A stretch of DNA of 64,000 nucleotides from an uncultured Oscillospiraceae bacterium (lineage in GTDB: Bacteria > Bacillota > Clostridia > Oscillospirales > Oscillospiraceae). Of the stretch, positions 47,477 to 58,000 are shown in pieces. Below the pieces are notes generated by a model that searched no databases, was not told the origin of the DNA, and saw only the letters and a program-made list of their open reading frames with translations. Each line of letters starts with the position of its first letter. Position 1 is the stretch's first letter. The translations under genes and the position numbers were made by a program. The stretch spans positions 11,814 to 75,813 of the forward strand of contig CATABD010000002.1 of the NCBI GenBank assembly GCA_949494735.1, in the 5' to 3' direction.

Positions 47477-48658
47477 TTACTTCATTTCGTAGGTCCTGCG
47501 GGCGATGCCCAGCTCCTCGTTGGTGGGGATGACCCGCACACAGACGGCGGAGTCATCCGCCGAGATAACGCCCTCGCCGGGGCAGTTTTCGTTCTTTGCC
47601 ACGTCCAGCTCCACCCCGATGGGGGCCAGTTTGTCGCATACCATCCGGCGGATGCGGGCAGAGTGCTCCCCGATGCCGGCGGTGAACACCAGGTCGTCCA
47701 GACGGCCCAGATCCAGATAAAACGCGCCGATGTAGTGAACAATCCCGGTGACGAACACGTCGATGGCCAGCTTGGCCCGCTGGTTTCCACCATCCGCCGC
47801 CGCCTCGACATACCGCAGGTCGTTGCTCACCCCGGAGATACCCAGCAGGCCGCCCTTTTTCTGGCAGCCCTCCAGGATTTCCTGCTCGGAGAGGCCCTCC
47901 TGCTTTAAGAAGTGGATCATGGTGGGGTCCATGTCTCCCACCCGGTTGGCGTGGATCAGGCCGGTCTCCAGGCTCATGCCAAAGCTGGTGTCCACACTCT
48001 TGCCGTTCAGGATGGCGCAGATGGAGGCGCTGCCGCCCAGGTGGCAGGAGATGGCGGCGTACTCGGCTTTTTCCGTGTTCAGCACGTCGGCGATGTACCC
48101 GTGGGACGCCCCATGATACCCCAGCCGCTGGACGCCGTACTTCTCGTACCACTCGTAGGGGACGCCGTAGAGTTTGCGCTCCAGGGGGATGCCCCGGTGG
48201 AAGGCCGTCTCGAACACCCCCACGTGCCGCGCCTGGGGCAGAGCCGCCTGCACGGTCTGGATGGCGCTGAGATAGGCGCTGTTGTGTACCGGCGCAAGGG
48301 CCAGGAAATCCTGCATCCCCTGCATAGCCCCCTCGTCGAGCTCGTGCACCCCGTAGTGCCCCTTGGACAGCACCGACTTGTAGCCCACCCGTTCGATCTC
48401 GGAGATATCCGCCAGCACCGCGCCCTCGCCCTGGGTCAGACAGGCGAGGAACCGCTGGATGCCCGCCCGATAATCGGGGATGTTTTGTCCGGTTGCTTCC
48501 TCCCGGTAGCTGGTGCCGCAGTTGCAGTAGCCAAAGATGGCGTCGTTGGTCGAGCCCACCCGCTCCACCTTGCCGGTGGCCAGCAGGCCGCACTGCGGCA
48601 TCTCATACAATTTGAATTTTAGCGAAGTGCTTCCCGCATTGCAAACTAAAATTTTCAT
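47477..48658 (-). CDS. ackA: Acetate/propionate-family kinase
   Basis: NAGSTSLK, APVHN, FETAFH, GYHGASH, CHLG, FTAGIGE, IPTNEE. Confidence 0.88.
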   Translation of the reverse strand: MKILVCNAGSTSLKFKLYEMPQCGLLATGKVERVGSTNDAIFGYCNCGTSYREEATGQNIPDYRAGIQRFLACLTQGEGAVLADISEIERVGYKSVLSKGHYGVHELDEGAMQGMQDFLALAPVHNSAYLSAIQTVQAALPQARHVGVFETAFHRGIPLERKLYGVPYEWYEKYGVQRLGYHGASHGYIADVLNTEKAEYAAISCHLGGSASICAILNGKSVDTSFGMSLETGLIHANRVGDMDPTMIHFLKQEGLSEQEILEGCQKKGGLLGISGVSNDLRYVEAAADGGNQRAKLAIDVFVTGIVHYIGAFYLDLGRLDDLVFTAGIGEHSARIRRMVCDKLAPIGVELDVAKNENCPGEGVISADDSAVCVRVIPTNEELGIARRTYEMK

Positions 48659-48659
48659 T

Positions 48660-48845
48660 TCAATCCAAGCCTCCCAGCACGTCCAAAATCGCCTGCATCT
48701 CCCGGTCGCCCCCGGCGATGGGCTTCCAGTCCACCTGCACCGTCCGGTAGCCCTGCTTTTCCAGCGCCTCGGCAAACAGCTTGGGACCCACGTTCACCAC
48801 CACTAGTTCCGACCGGAACAGGTTCAGAATCTTCTCACAGTCCAT
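48660..48845 (-). CDS. Small FdrA-associated protein
   Basis: VVNVG...F...L..QG...VQVDWKPIAGGD, resembling the FdrA/YlbE linker domain. Confidence 0.8.
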   Translation of the reverse strand: MDCEKILNLFRSELVVVNVGPKLFAEALEKQGYRTVQVDWKPIAGGDREMQAILDVLGGLD

Positions 48846-50394
48846 GGTCGTCCCTCTCCTTCTTTTGGCGGATAATCTCCCCGGCCAGCAGCGCCGCTTG
48901 GTGATTAGTTTTGCACACCAGCACCCCGGCGTCCGCCAGCTTCTGCCGCTGGACGCTGACGTTTTGCAGGTCGGCGTCGGTGCCCAGCACGGAGGCCACG
49001 AAAATCAGCTCCCGGCCCGCGGCCCTGGCCTGTTCCTGGGCTGTGCGGATATCGCCCAGCACATAGCCCGCCGGATCCACGTGCCCCGGCGGGGTGAGGA
49101 TGAAGTCCAGCAGGATCACCGCCGTCTCGGGGTCCGCCGCCTCACGGGGGATGGCGGGCTTGCGCACGCCGGGGTCGATGGCAGGATGGGGACGGCCCAG
49201 GGTGAACTCCTCCTCGCCGTAGTCAATGCAGGTGTTCTTCACGCTCACCTGGGAGTCGGCCAGCTGCCACTCCGGCCGCAGGGCGATGTTGGAGTACACC
49301 TCCCCCACTTTGGGGATGAGGGCGTGCATGGCCTCATCCAGGAAGGTGCCGCCGCTGAACGCCCCCCGGACGTATTTCTGCTCAGGGGCCAGCTTGGCCA
49401 CCGCCTGGGCGGCCCGGGCGGCGATCTCCCCGTCGGTGTCCAGCCGGTAGGTCTGCCCGGTGAGGGCCAGGCACTTCTGGGCACAGTCGTCCAGATCGCA
49501 GGCCCAGATGGCCCCGGCGCCCTCCACCGTGGCCCGGTCGCAGCTCATGAACAGGGCCACCACAGGCTTCCTGCACTTGGAGATGCGTTCCAGCAGGCCG
49601 GGCAGCACCTGGTCCCCGATGCGCCGGGCGATGAGGGCGATGTATTTCGTCTCGGGGTCAGCCTCCAGCGCGTCGATGCCCATGAGCATCATCAGCCCGC
49701 CCACCTCGTTTTTCAGGTCGTTCCCCCCGGTGCCGATGGTCTGGGACACCCCGGTGCCCGCTTCGTGGAGAATGGCCGCCACGTGCTGGATGCCCACGCC
49801 GGAGGCCCCGCAGATGCCGAAGGGCCCCCGGTTGTTGATGCTGGCCAGCACCAGCGCCGCGCCGTTGATGTTGGCCACGCCGCAGTCCGGGCCCATACAC
49901 AGCAGGCCCTTTTCCCAGGCCAGCTCCTTCATCTCCCGTTCGTCGGACAGGGGCACGTTGTTGCTGAACACCACGCAGTGCAGCCCCGCGTTCAGCGCCT
50001 TCTTCACCTCGCCCAGGGCGTACTCCCCCGGCACGGCGATGGAGCAAAGGTTCGCCTTGGGGCAGCCCTCCGCCGCGGCCTTGATGGTGGGATAGCTGGG
50101 CTGTTCCGCCTCGTCCTCTGACACCGGGACAAGGCTGGCCTCCACCTCTGCTACAGCCTTGTCAAACGCCTCCTGGGACTCCGCCCGGGCCGCGATGATG
50201 TAGCAGCTCCCGTCGCAGGCTTTCAGCTCCTCGGTCAACAGACCCACGCTCTCCAGTACGTCCTTGCCGGGGTCGGTGGCCATCCCGGCGCAGCCCATCT
50301 CAATGCCCGGCTGTTCGTTGAGGACGCTGGAGGCCAGCAGGGTCTCCAGGGAGTCCACGTAGCGGCCCCGCTCGATTTTCACAAACACTTCCAT
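48835..50394 (-). CDS. FdrA/YahF-family acyl-CoA-synthetase-like protein
   Basis: YVDS, FSNNV, MGPDCG, IGTGGNDL, DYGEEEFTLGRPHPAIDP. Confidence 0.9.
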   Translation of the reverse strand: MEVFVKIERGRYVDSLETLLASSVLNEQPGIEMGCAGMATDPGKDVLESVGLLTEELKACDGSCYIIAARAESQEAFDKAVAEVEASLVPVSEDEAEQPSYPTIKAAAEGCPKANLCSIAVPGEYALGEVKKALNAGLHCVVFSNNVPLSDEREMKELAWEKGLLCMGPDCGVANINGAALVLASINNRGPFGICGASGVGIQHVAAILHEAGTGVSQTIGTGGNDLKNEVGGLMMLMGIDALEADPETKYIALIARRIGDQVLPGLLERISKCRKPVVALFMSCDRATVEGAGAIWACDLDDCAQKCLALTGQTYRLDTDGEIAARAAQAVAKLAPEQKYVRGAFSGGTFLDEAMHALIPKVGEVYSNIALRPEWQLADSQVSVKNTCIDYGEEEFTLGRPHPAIDPGVRKPAIPREAADPETAVILLDFILTPPGHVDPAGYVLGDIRTAQEQARAAGRELIFVASVLGTDADLQNVSVQRQKLADAGVLVCKTNHQAALLAGEIIRQKKERDDHGL

Positions 50395-50397
50395 GGC

Positions 50398-51663
50398 TTA
50401 ACCCTCCTGTTCCGCCCAGGCCAGGGCGTCCTTGTGGATAGCCCGCAGGGCGTCCTTGAAACAGTCCACGGGCAGCTCCGCCGCCCCCGCGCCGCCCTGG
50501 CCGCCTTTCTTCAGCGCCGAACCGCCGTGGCTGATGGGCAGGATGTTCAGACCCACCACCCGCCGGGCGTCCAGCCCCACGGGGAAGCCCCGGAAATCGT
50601 CCCAGGGGATGGGAGCGAAGGTGTGCTCGGCCAGGGACACCGCCCGGGCCTTTTCCGTCCGGCTCCGAGCCTCGGCGATGGTGGAGCCGGTCATGCGCAG
50701 GTAGGCGGGGCCGGCGATGGCAGACATCCCACCCAGGCCGTACACCTCCGTCACGCAGCTGTCCCCCAGGTAGCCCAGCAGGTCCGCCTCGGTGTAGGAC
50801 GGGTTGAGGAAAGTGCCCTGGATGACGGGGGCCTTGGTGGTGTACCAGCGGTTCCCTGTCCCGGCCAGCTGGATGCCGAACTCCACGCCGTTGCCCGCCA
50901 TGCCAGCCACCACGGTGGACAGGGGGATCTTCTTGATGCTCTCGGTGATGCTCTCCACGCCCGCCATCATGGGGTGGAGGAAAAAGCGGTCATTGGCGGC
51001 AAAGTGGCGAATCATCTCGTCCCGCTGGGGATCCGGGTCGTCCAGCATCCAGGGGATGACCTGGAGGGCCAGGCACATGGAGGCGGCGGGCTGGCGGTTG
51101 TGGTTCTCGTCTCCCATGCCCGCCGTCTTGGCCAGCACGGTGATGAGGTCGATACCGCCGCTCTTGCGCACCGCCCGCCCCAGGGCAGGGCCGAAGTGGT
51201 CCCGAAACCAGCTCAGGTCCCGCTCCACATCCTCGTCGTAGAAGCCCCAGCGCAGGCATTTGGGATTGGGGCCGGGGTGTATGGGGGCATAGCCCTTGCC
51301 GCCGTACACCTTGTCCTCCGCCACCATCACCGGCATACTGGCGGATACCACCATACAGGCCGCACAGCCGCATTGATGGTTTTGGGCGGGCTCCACGGAG
51401 ACCTCCCCCCGCTCCACCATAGTCCAGGCTTCCTCCTTGGTTTTTGCCAGCCCCTCATGGACTGCCGCCCCGCAGATGGAGGTGCGGATAGGGGGGGTGA
51501 TCTGCTCCACCGGCAGGGGCGGGCCGGGAACCAATACCGTGGTTTTGGTCATGCCGGGGATCACGTCGATAGCGGGCTGTACGTCCGTCCACACGGGACG
51601 GGCGCGGGTCAAAATATCCGCCGCCTGGGCATTGGCGGCGTTGACCTTCTGTTCAATGGTCAT
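50398..51663 (-). CDS. DUF1116 (YlbE/YahG-like) protein
   Basis: GMGDENHNR, MAGNGVEFGIQ, GDSCVTEVYGLGG. Confidence 0.88.
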   Translation of the reverse strand: MTIEQKVNAANAQAADILTRARPVWTDVQPAIDVIPGMTKTTVLVPGPPLPVEQITPPIRTSICGAAVHEGLAKTKEEAWTMVERGEVSVEPAQNHQCGCAACMVVSASMPVMVAEDKVYGGKGYAPIHPGPNPKCLRWGFYDEDVERDLSWFRDHFGPALGRAVRKSGGIDLITVLAKTAGMGDENHNRQPAASMCLALQVIPWMLDDPDPQRDEMIRHFAANDRFFLHPMMAGVESITESIKKIPLSTVVAGMAGNGVEFGIQLAGTGNRWYTTKAPVIQGTFLNPSYTEADLLGYLGDSCVTEVYGLGGMSAIAGPAYLRMTGSTIAEARSRTEKARAVSLAEHTFAPIPWDDFRGFPVGLDARRVVGLNILPISHGGSALKKGGQGGAGAAELPVDCFKDALRAIHKDALAWAEQEG

Positions 51664-51668
51664 GGCAC

Positions 51669-52619
51669 TCACTCCTCGTTTTTATGGTCTGCCAGCATGT
51701 CCGCCATGGTGCGGATGCGCTGGTCAATCACAGATTGGACAAAGGGATTCGCCACGTCGGCGTCAAAGCCGTGGTAAGACCCCTCAATGAGGTTCACCTG
51801 GGAGGGCACCCCCGCCGCGCGCAGCGCCTCCCCGTAGGCCGCGCCCTCGTCCCGCAGCAGGTCGATGCCCTGGGGTTCAATGTAAGCCGGGGGCAGGCCG
51901 GAAAAATCCCCGCCCCGCAGGGGGACGGCATAGCCCTCCGGCCCCTGGAAGCCGTTTTTGAGATAGCCGCTCCACATCCGAGCGTTGGCTTGTTTTGTCC
52001 ACACCGCGCCGCTGTATGCCTCCGTGGAGGGATAGTGTTCGCTTCGGTCGTCCAACGCCGGGTAAATCAAAACCTGCCCGCAGGGGGACGGCACCCCTTC
52101 GTCCCGGAGCTGCTGGGCCAGACCCGCCGCCAGTGCGCCCCCGGCGCTCTCCCCGTACAGCAGGACGCGCCCGTCCAGGCGGTGCCGCGCCGCATGGGCA
52201 CACATTTCGTCCCATACGGCCCGACAGTCCCGGAGGGGAACGGGGTAGGAATGCTCCGGCAGAAGGCGGTACTCCGGCAGAAACACCCGGACGGACAGTT
52301 TTTGGGCGTATGCCGCCGCCAGCTCCAGAGCCGGGATCTCCAGGGGCAGGAAGAAGCCGCCGCCGTGGCAGTACAGCATTCCGGGCAAGGGTTTCTCCGT
52401 GTCAGGGGACAGTACGAAACACTCAATGTCCCCCCTGTCTCGGGAAGGCAAGGAAAACACACGGAGCGTCATGCCGCCCGGCGGGCCGTAGGCCCGCGTG
52501 TTCTTGCGCAGGTTCTGCACCACCAAGCCCACCATGGGGGCCAGGGCCGGGTTGCCGAAATCGATGCCGCCCAGGGCCTTGGGCCGCTTCAGCTCCGGAC
52601 GGTAGGAATATTGGGGCAT
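51669..52619 (-). CDS. Alpha/beta hydrolase (HSL-family esterase)
   Basis: HGGG, GESAG, DLLRDEG, HGF. Confidence 0.92.
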   Translation of the reverse strand: MPQYSYRPELKRPKALGGIDFGNPALAPMVGLVVQNLRKNTRAYGPPGGMTLRVFSLPSRDRGDIECFVLSPDTEKPLPGMLYCHGGGFFLPLEIPALELAAAYAQKLSVRVFLPEYRLLPEHSYPVPLRDCRAVWDEMCAHAARHRLDGRVLLYGESAGGALAAGLAQQLRDEGVPSPCGQVLIYPALDDRSEHYPSTEAYSGAVWTKQANARMWSGYLKNGFQGPEGYAVPLRGGDFSGLPPAYIEPQGIDLLRDEGAAYGEALRAAGVPSQVNLIEGSYHGFDADVANPFVQSVIDQRIRTMADMLADHKNEE

Positions 52620-52690
52620 ATTCGCCACCTCCAAACCACGATGGGAAGGGCCGCTGTCATCATGTCCCAATGGCAGCGGCCCCCTTGGTT

Positions 52691-53575
52691 TTATCGGCCA
52701 ATCTGGATACCGGTCAGGTATTCGTAATATTGGGCGATGGCGGAGTGGTCCTTCTGTCCACCCTCGTGATTGTGCATCCATTGGAGTATTTCCTGCACCT
52801 GGGCTGTCATAGGCACGGGTGCGCCGACAGAATGGGCACAATCCAGAGCGTTGTTCAAGTCCTTGATGTGCAGGTCGATCTTGAAACCGGGCTGATCGTT
52901 ACCCGCGATCATCATGGGGGCCTTGGCGTTCATGACGGTGGAGCCCGCCAGGCCGCCCCGGATGGCCTCGAACACCAGCTGGGGGTCCACCCCCGCCTTC
53001 TGGGCCAGGGTCAGGGCCTCGGCCAGAGCCTGGATGTTGCAGGCCACGATGATCTGGTTGGCCAGCTTGGTGGTGTTGCCCGCGCCCACGTCGCCGCAGC
53101 GCACCACGGAGCCGCCCATGGTGTCCAGCAAAGGCTTGAACTTGTCAAAGACCTCCTGCTTGCCGCCCACCATAAAGGACAGGGTGCCGTCAATGGCCTT
53201 GGGCTCTCCGCCGGACACGGGGGCATCCAGCATCTCCACACCCTTCTTGGCCAACTCCGCCGCGATCTCCTGGGAGGCCACGGGGTTGATGGAGCTCATG
53301 TCGATGAAGGTAGCGTAGGGCTTCATGTAGGAGGCCACGCCGCCCTCGCCCAACATGACGGTCTTCACGTGGGGGGAATTGGGCAGCATGGTGAGAATCA
53401 CGTCGCAGCTCTCGCCGATCTCCTGATTGGAAGCAGCCTTGGCCCCGGCGGCCACCACCTCGTCCACGGCGGCCTGGTTCAGGTCGCTCACCAGCAGGTC
53501 GGTGTAGCCGCCCTTGAGGATGTTCTTCGCCATGGGCTTGCCCATGATGCCCAGTCCGATCAGTCCAATTTTCAT
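52691..53575 (-). CDS. garR: 2-hydroxy-3-oxopropionate (tartronate semialdehyde) reductase
   Basis: GLGIMGKPMA, DAPVSGGEPKA, KLANQ, PGFKIDLHIKDL. Confidence 0.9.
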   Translation of the reverse strand: MKIGLIGLGIMGKPMAKNILKGGYTDLLVSDLNQAAVDEVVAAGAKAASNQEIGESCDVILTMLPNSPHVKTVMLGEGGVASYMKPYATFIDMSSINPVASQEIAAELAKKGVEMLDAPVSGGEPKAIDGTLSFMVGGKQEVFDKFKPLLDTMGGSVVRCGDVGAGNTTKLANQIIVACNIQALAEALTLAQKAGVDPQLVFEAIRGGLAGSTVMNAKAPMMIAGNDQPGFKIDLHIKDLNNALDCAHSVGAPVPMTAQVQEILQWMHNHEGGQKDHSAIAQYYEYLTGIQIGR

Positions 53576-53593
53576 AATGAAATGCACTCCTTT

Positions 53594-55537
53594 TTATTCA
53601 ATGATGATGGCTTCGTACTCGTTGAGTACGTCTAAATGCACAATGAGTTTGCCGTCCTTACCCTCACTGGAAGCACTTCCGCCGTTGAGGGCGCGGACTT
53701 GTTTGCCCGCCAGCCCCGGCAGCTCCAGCCGGATATCCCGGACGGGCACGGGTGGGAACCAGCGGTTGGCGAAGCACCCGGAGGCGTTCACCAACTGGGC
53801 CAGCAGCAGGCCGTCCTTTTTCGCCAGGGTAAGCTCCACCATGGGGGACAGGCCGGGGGCCAGTTCCGGGAGGCGGCACAGGGAGAACAGCACGTCCTGC
53901 ATCACGTTCAGCGTGTTCTGCCAGCCCTGCTCGAAATAGAAGCTCCCGACGTTCCAGGGGATGTACACGCTCTGCCCCGCGCCGTAGGGATGGACGGTGA
54001 CACCGGGGTAATCGGCGGTCTCGGTGTAATAGCACCGCTCCGGCGGGCCGTAGGGGTGTTCGGGGATGAGGCGGAGGTATCGCTCTGTCCCCTCCCCAAA
54101 CTCCACCATTTGCAGCTCCGGGCCGATGGGAAGGATGGGTGCCTCCGCGCAGCGGGGAAAGGCCGTCTTGTCCCTCTCTCCCACCTCAAAGGCGGAGGAC
54201 ATCAGGCCCGTTTTGCGCTCTCCCAGGGCCCTGATCCCCAGACAGCCCAGCCCAGCCGTGTCCCCGGAGGCGATCACCGTGCCGCCCTCCCAGGCAAAGC
54301 CGTCCAGCAGCGCCCCCAGGCTCTCCGGCAGCTTTCCCGCGCCGCCCAGGATCACCACCGTTTTTCCCTCCAGCTTCTCCGCTGTCAGGTCCGGCAGCTT
54401 CACCTCGTCGAAGGGAATATGGCTCTCCGTCAGGGCCTGCACCCAGCCGTCCACCTCCGGGGCATTCAGCGCCATGCCGCATTTCCGGACCACCACCACC
54501 TGCGCGGCGGAGGTGAGGCCGTTGAACAGGGCCTCATGTTCTTTCTGGAACTGGAACACCCGCCTGGTGGGGGCGAAGGAGGACACGTCCCGGTGGTTGT
54601 CCAGCCGCCCCATAACGTACAGGCTCAGTCCGCCGCCGTTGGCCAGGGTCTGCCACTGCCGCAGGGCCATCAGCGCCGGGGACACCGAGCTGTCCCGGTA
54701 GCGGAAGGACATGAAATCCACGCTGGCGTTGTCCACCGTCCGGCCCCAGCCGCCGTTGGAACGGGCATTGGAGGAGGCCCCGTACACCCACGGTCCACGT
54801 CCGATATCCGTATTACACTCGGCGCGGGTGTAGTCGAAACCGTTCACTGCCAGCTCCGGGTTCAGCTCCTTCATGAGGCGGTACTGCTTCATCTTGTTGG
54901 CCTGGATCTGTTTGGTCTGAAAGCCAAGGTATTTCATAAAGCCGGGGTCCCGCATTCCGCTCTTGGGGGCGTCCTGGCCGGTGGCCGCTTTGTAGGCGCT
55001 CCGGCAGCGCTGGCACATGCAGGGGCCGTACCGTTCCCCGCCGTAGCCGGTGACAAAGGCCCCGCTCATGTTGAAGAAAATGCCGTCAAAGGGAAACTCC
55101 GTGAAAAGCTCCCGCAGGATGTCATATACGCCCTCCTGCGCATAGCCGCCGCTGGGGCACACCTGCACGTCGCCGTTGCAGTTGACGATCTCCCCCTGGG
55201 CGGTGCGGAAGGCCCAGTCCGGGTGGGCCTCATACACGGGATACCGTATTTTTGAGAAGTCCGTCCGGGCGATGACCCGCAGGCGCACCTTATGGCACTC
55301 CTCCAGCAGGGTGCGAAGGCTGTCCCCTGTCAGGAATTCGCTCTTGGTGTGGCAGGGTACTTTGGTGTCATAGCTGGCGATGATGCCCGCGGCGTTCACC
55401 ATCACCACCGTGGCCCCGAAATCCTTCACGTCCCGGACATACTGCTTGGCGTCTAAATCCGCCATGTCGGTTTCCCGGAGGTTGGTCTGAATCATCCGCC
55501 AGGGATAGTCCTCCCACCAGTGTTTTGTCTCGCCCAT
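53594..55537 (-). CDS. Putative glycoside hydrolase (GHL6-like barrel plus trimerization-like domain)
   Basis: WRMIQTNLRE, ARTDFSK, HPDWA, DGIFFN, CMCQRC. Confidence 0.7.
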   Translation of the reverse strand: MGETKHWWEDYPWRMIQTNLRETDMADLDAKQYVRDVKDFGATVVMVNAAGIIASYDTKVPCHTKSEFLTGDSLRTLLEECHKVRLRVIARTDFSKIRYPVYEAHPDWAFRTAQGEIVNCNGDVQVCPSGGYAQEGVYDILRELFTEFPFDGIFFNMSGAFVTGYGGERYGPCMCQRCRSAYKAATGQDAPKSGMRDPGFMKYLGFQTKQIQANKMKQYRLMKELNPELAVNGFDYTRAECNTDIGRGPWVYGASSNARSNGGWGRTVDNASVDFMSFRYRDSSVSPALMALRQWQTLANGGGLSLYVMGRLDNHRDVSSFAPTRRVFQFQKEHEALFNGLTSAAQVVVVRKCGMALNAPEVDGWVQALTESHIPFDEVKLPDLTAEKLEGKTVVILGGAGKLPESLGALLDGFAWEGGTVIASGDTAGLGCLGIRALGERKTGLMSSAFEVGERDKTAFPRCAEAPILPIGPELQMVEFGEGTERYLRLIPEHPYGPPERCYYTETADYPGVTVHPYGAGQSVYIPWNVGSFYFEQGWQNTLNVMQDVLFSLCRLPELAPGLSPMVELTLAKKDGLLLAQLVNASGCFANRWFPPVPVRDIRLELPGLAGKQVRALNGGSASSEGKDGKLIVHLDVLNEYEAIIIE

Positions 55538-55548
55538 GAAAGCCCCCC

Positions 55549-56655
55549 TCACATCCACTCGGACAGGTCGGTCCAACCCCGCCTGCCCAGGAACTTTTCC
55601 AGGTCCAGCTTTTCGATCTGCTCCTTGGTCAGCCCCGAATTCATCATTCGGGCCCAGCCGCTCTCGGTCTCCTCCCCGGTGACGGCGTCTTCCGGCTTCA
55701 TCAAATTCAGCAGGGGTTCCCCGGCCTCGAACCGGCGGGCGTTCTCCCGGATGATCTCAATGCTCCGCCCTGCCCGGTGGGGAACCTGGGGCGTGCAGTG
55801 GGGGGTGATATATACGGTGGGCATCCGCCACAAAGGATGATCCGCGGGGAGGGGCTGCTCCTCGAACACGTCAAGCCCCGCGCCGCCCAGCTGGCCGCTC
55901 TCCAGCGCCGCCACCAAATCCTCCGTGCATACCACGCCGCCCCGGGCCATGTTCACCAGGAATGCCCCCGGTTTCATTTTGGCAAAGGCTTCCGCGTTCA
56001 TCATGTGGTAGGTCTCGTCGGTGAGGGCCAGGGTGAGGATAATAAAGTCCGCTTCCGCCAGGATGGGGTCGATGGTGTCCCCGTCAGCGGCGCTGAACTT
56101 GGCGTCCAGGTAGTCCACGCCCTTGATGGGGAACTTGTCGTAGCCCATCAGCTTCATGCCCATGGCGTGGAGGCGCTGGGCCAGCATCCGTCCGTTGTTC
56201 CCCATGCCGATGATCCCGGCGGTGCGGCCATACAGCCCCCGCCACTGGTTGGAGCCCTCCACCCCCCACTGGCCCTTCTCCTGGGCGGCCAGCAGCTCCT
56301 TGGTGTGGTAGCAGTGCTGGAGCATGAAGTAGATGCAGTGTTCCGCCAGCACCGGGGCGCTGCGGCCCGCCGCGCCGGTCACCGGGATGCCTCGTGCAAA
56401 CACCTCAGGTCGGGCGGAGCCGTTCAGCCCCGCGTGGTCACAGTGGATCCACTTCAGCGTGTTTTCTCCCAGCAGGCAGGGATCCACATCCCCCAGAAGG
56501 ATGGCCACGTCGGCGTCCCGCACCTCCCGGGCCAGCGTTTCCTTGTCGTAAAAGTCCACGTACTTGAACTCTGCCTGGGGAAAGACTTGGCGAAGGGCGC
56601 GCATGTCTTCCTTGTTATACCAAACAGTCGCCACGACCTTGTTTATTTTCGGCAT
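55549..56655 (-). CDS. D-2-hydroxyacid dehydrogenase family protein
   Basis: GMGNNG, VNMARG, LDVFEEQPLP, ITPH. Confidence 0.9.
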   Translation of the reverse strand: MPKINKVVATVWYNKEDMRALRQVFPQAEFKYVDFYDKETLAREVRDADVAILLGDVDPCLLGENTLKWIHCDHAGLNGSARPEVFARGIPVTGAAGRSAPVLAEHCIYFMLQHCYHTKELLAAQEKGQWGVEGSNQWRGLYGRTAGIIGMGNNGRMLAQRLHAMGMKLMGYDKFPIKGVDYLDAKFSAADGDTIDPILAEADFIILTLALTDETYHMMNAEAFAKMKPGAFLVNMARGGVVCTEDLVAALESGQLGGAGLDVFEEQPLPADHPLWRMPTVYITPHCTPQVPHRAGRSIEIIRENARRFEAGEPLLNLMKPEDAVTGEETESGWARMMNSGLTKEQIEKLDLEKFLGRRGWTDLSEWM

Positions 56656-56737
56656 ATGGTTTCCTCCTAAAAAATCCCTATACAAGGGTGTTTTCCTGTG
56701 TTATGATACATAGGCAGAAATTCAATGGGGTGAGGAT

Positions 56738-57943
56738 ATGGAGCTGCAAAACAACCTGATGCTGTTCCGGGAGCTGATCGCCTGCGACGAGCCCATCTAC
56801 TACTGGTGCTACGACGGGGACGGCTCCCTCATGGCCAGCAGCTGCCCGGAGGAGACGGTGTTCCACCCCATCTTCCGCCATTCCGGCTGTCTGGAGTACG
56901 CCCTGGCCGCCCAGACGGAGGCCCCCATGTTGCTGTCCAGCGCCGCCAATATGGCCTGGGCCGGGGTGTGGGAGTTCCGGGAAGATATGCGCTTCCGCCT
57001 GCACGTCATCGGGCCTTGCCTTACCTCCAGCCTGTCCCCCCAGATGATGGAGCACGCCCGGCGGCAGGTGGCCGCAGCGGCGGAGGGCTCCCCGGCATAC
57101 AAGGAGCGGCTGCTGGCGGGGCTGGAGCGCATCCCCACCCTGCCGGTGTCCGTGTTCTTTCGGTACGCAGCCATGCTGGGCCGGTGCGTCACCGGGCGGC
57201 GGACCCCGCTGAGCGGCCTCCACCATCAAAACACCCTGTCGGACAGCCCGGCGGAACGGGTTGTCCCCCGGGACCGGATGAACGTATACCGGGCGGAACG
57301 GATGCTGTTGCAAATGGTGCGGGAGGGGGACCTGAACAGCGCGGGTGTATTGAGCTATGCCTCCAACATCGGTACGCTCCAACCTTATGTGCCCGACCCC
57401 CTGGGGCAGGCACAGATCGCGTATACCATCCTCACCAGCCTGTGCACCCGGGCGGCCATCGAGGGCGGGCTGTCCCCGGAGCTGGCCTATACCACAGGGG
57501 ATCAATACATTCAAAAGCTGTTCCTCACCCACACCATGACGGAGGCCCTGGCGCTGAAAAACAAAATGTACCAAGACTTCATTGAAAAGGTCCACGCCTG
57601 CCGGAGCAACCCCAAGTTCTCTCAAGAGATTCAAAGCTGCTGCGATTATATGGAGCTCCACGCTGAGGAGCCCCTCAGCCTGGAGCGGCTGGCGGAGCGG
57701 CTGGGCTATAACAAATACTACCTGTCCCGCCGGTTCAAGGCGGAGGTGGGCTGCACTGTGAATGGCTATCTTCAGATCGCGCGGGTAGAACGGGCCAAAA
57801 TGCTGCTTTCCTGCACAGATATGCCCGTGGCAGACATTGCGTTAGAGCTGCAATTTGCCACCGCTAGCCACTTTTCCGTGGTGTTCAAACGCATTGCCGG
57901 CCAGTCTCCCGCCCAGTACCGGGCGGAGCGGCAGGCCCCATAA
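56738..57943 (+). CDS. AraC-family regulator (paralog of 45122-46357)
   Basis: Shared MVREG.L, TSLC.R.AI.GGLSPE.AYT.GD.YIQ and CCDY motifs plus HTH. Confidence 0.92.
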   Translation: MELQNNLMLFRELIACDEPIYYWCYDGDGSLMASSCPEETVFHPIFRHSGCLEYALAAQTEAPMLLSSAANMAWAGVWEFREDMRFRLHVIGPCLTSSLSPQMMEHARRQVAAAAEGSPAYKERLLAGLERIPTLPVSVFFRYAAMLGRCVTGRRTPLSGLHHQNTLSDSPAERVVPRDRMNVYRAERMLLQMVREGDLNSAGVLSYASNIGTLQPYVPDPLGQAQIAYTILTSLCTRAAIEGGLSPELAYTTGDQYIQKLFLTHTMTEALALKNKMYQDFIEKVHACRSNPKFSQEIQSCCDYMELHAEEPLSLERLAERLGYNKYYLSRRFKAEVGCTVNGYLQIARVERAKMLLSCTDMPVADIALELQFATASHFSVVFKRIAGQSPAQYRAERQAP

Positions 57944-58000
57944 GCAGATACCCGGAAACCCGGGGAGGGCGCGCCCTCCCCGGATTTTTTCATGCCTGCC

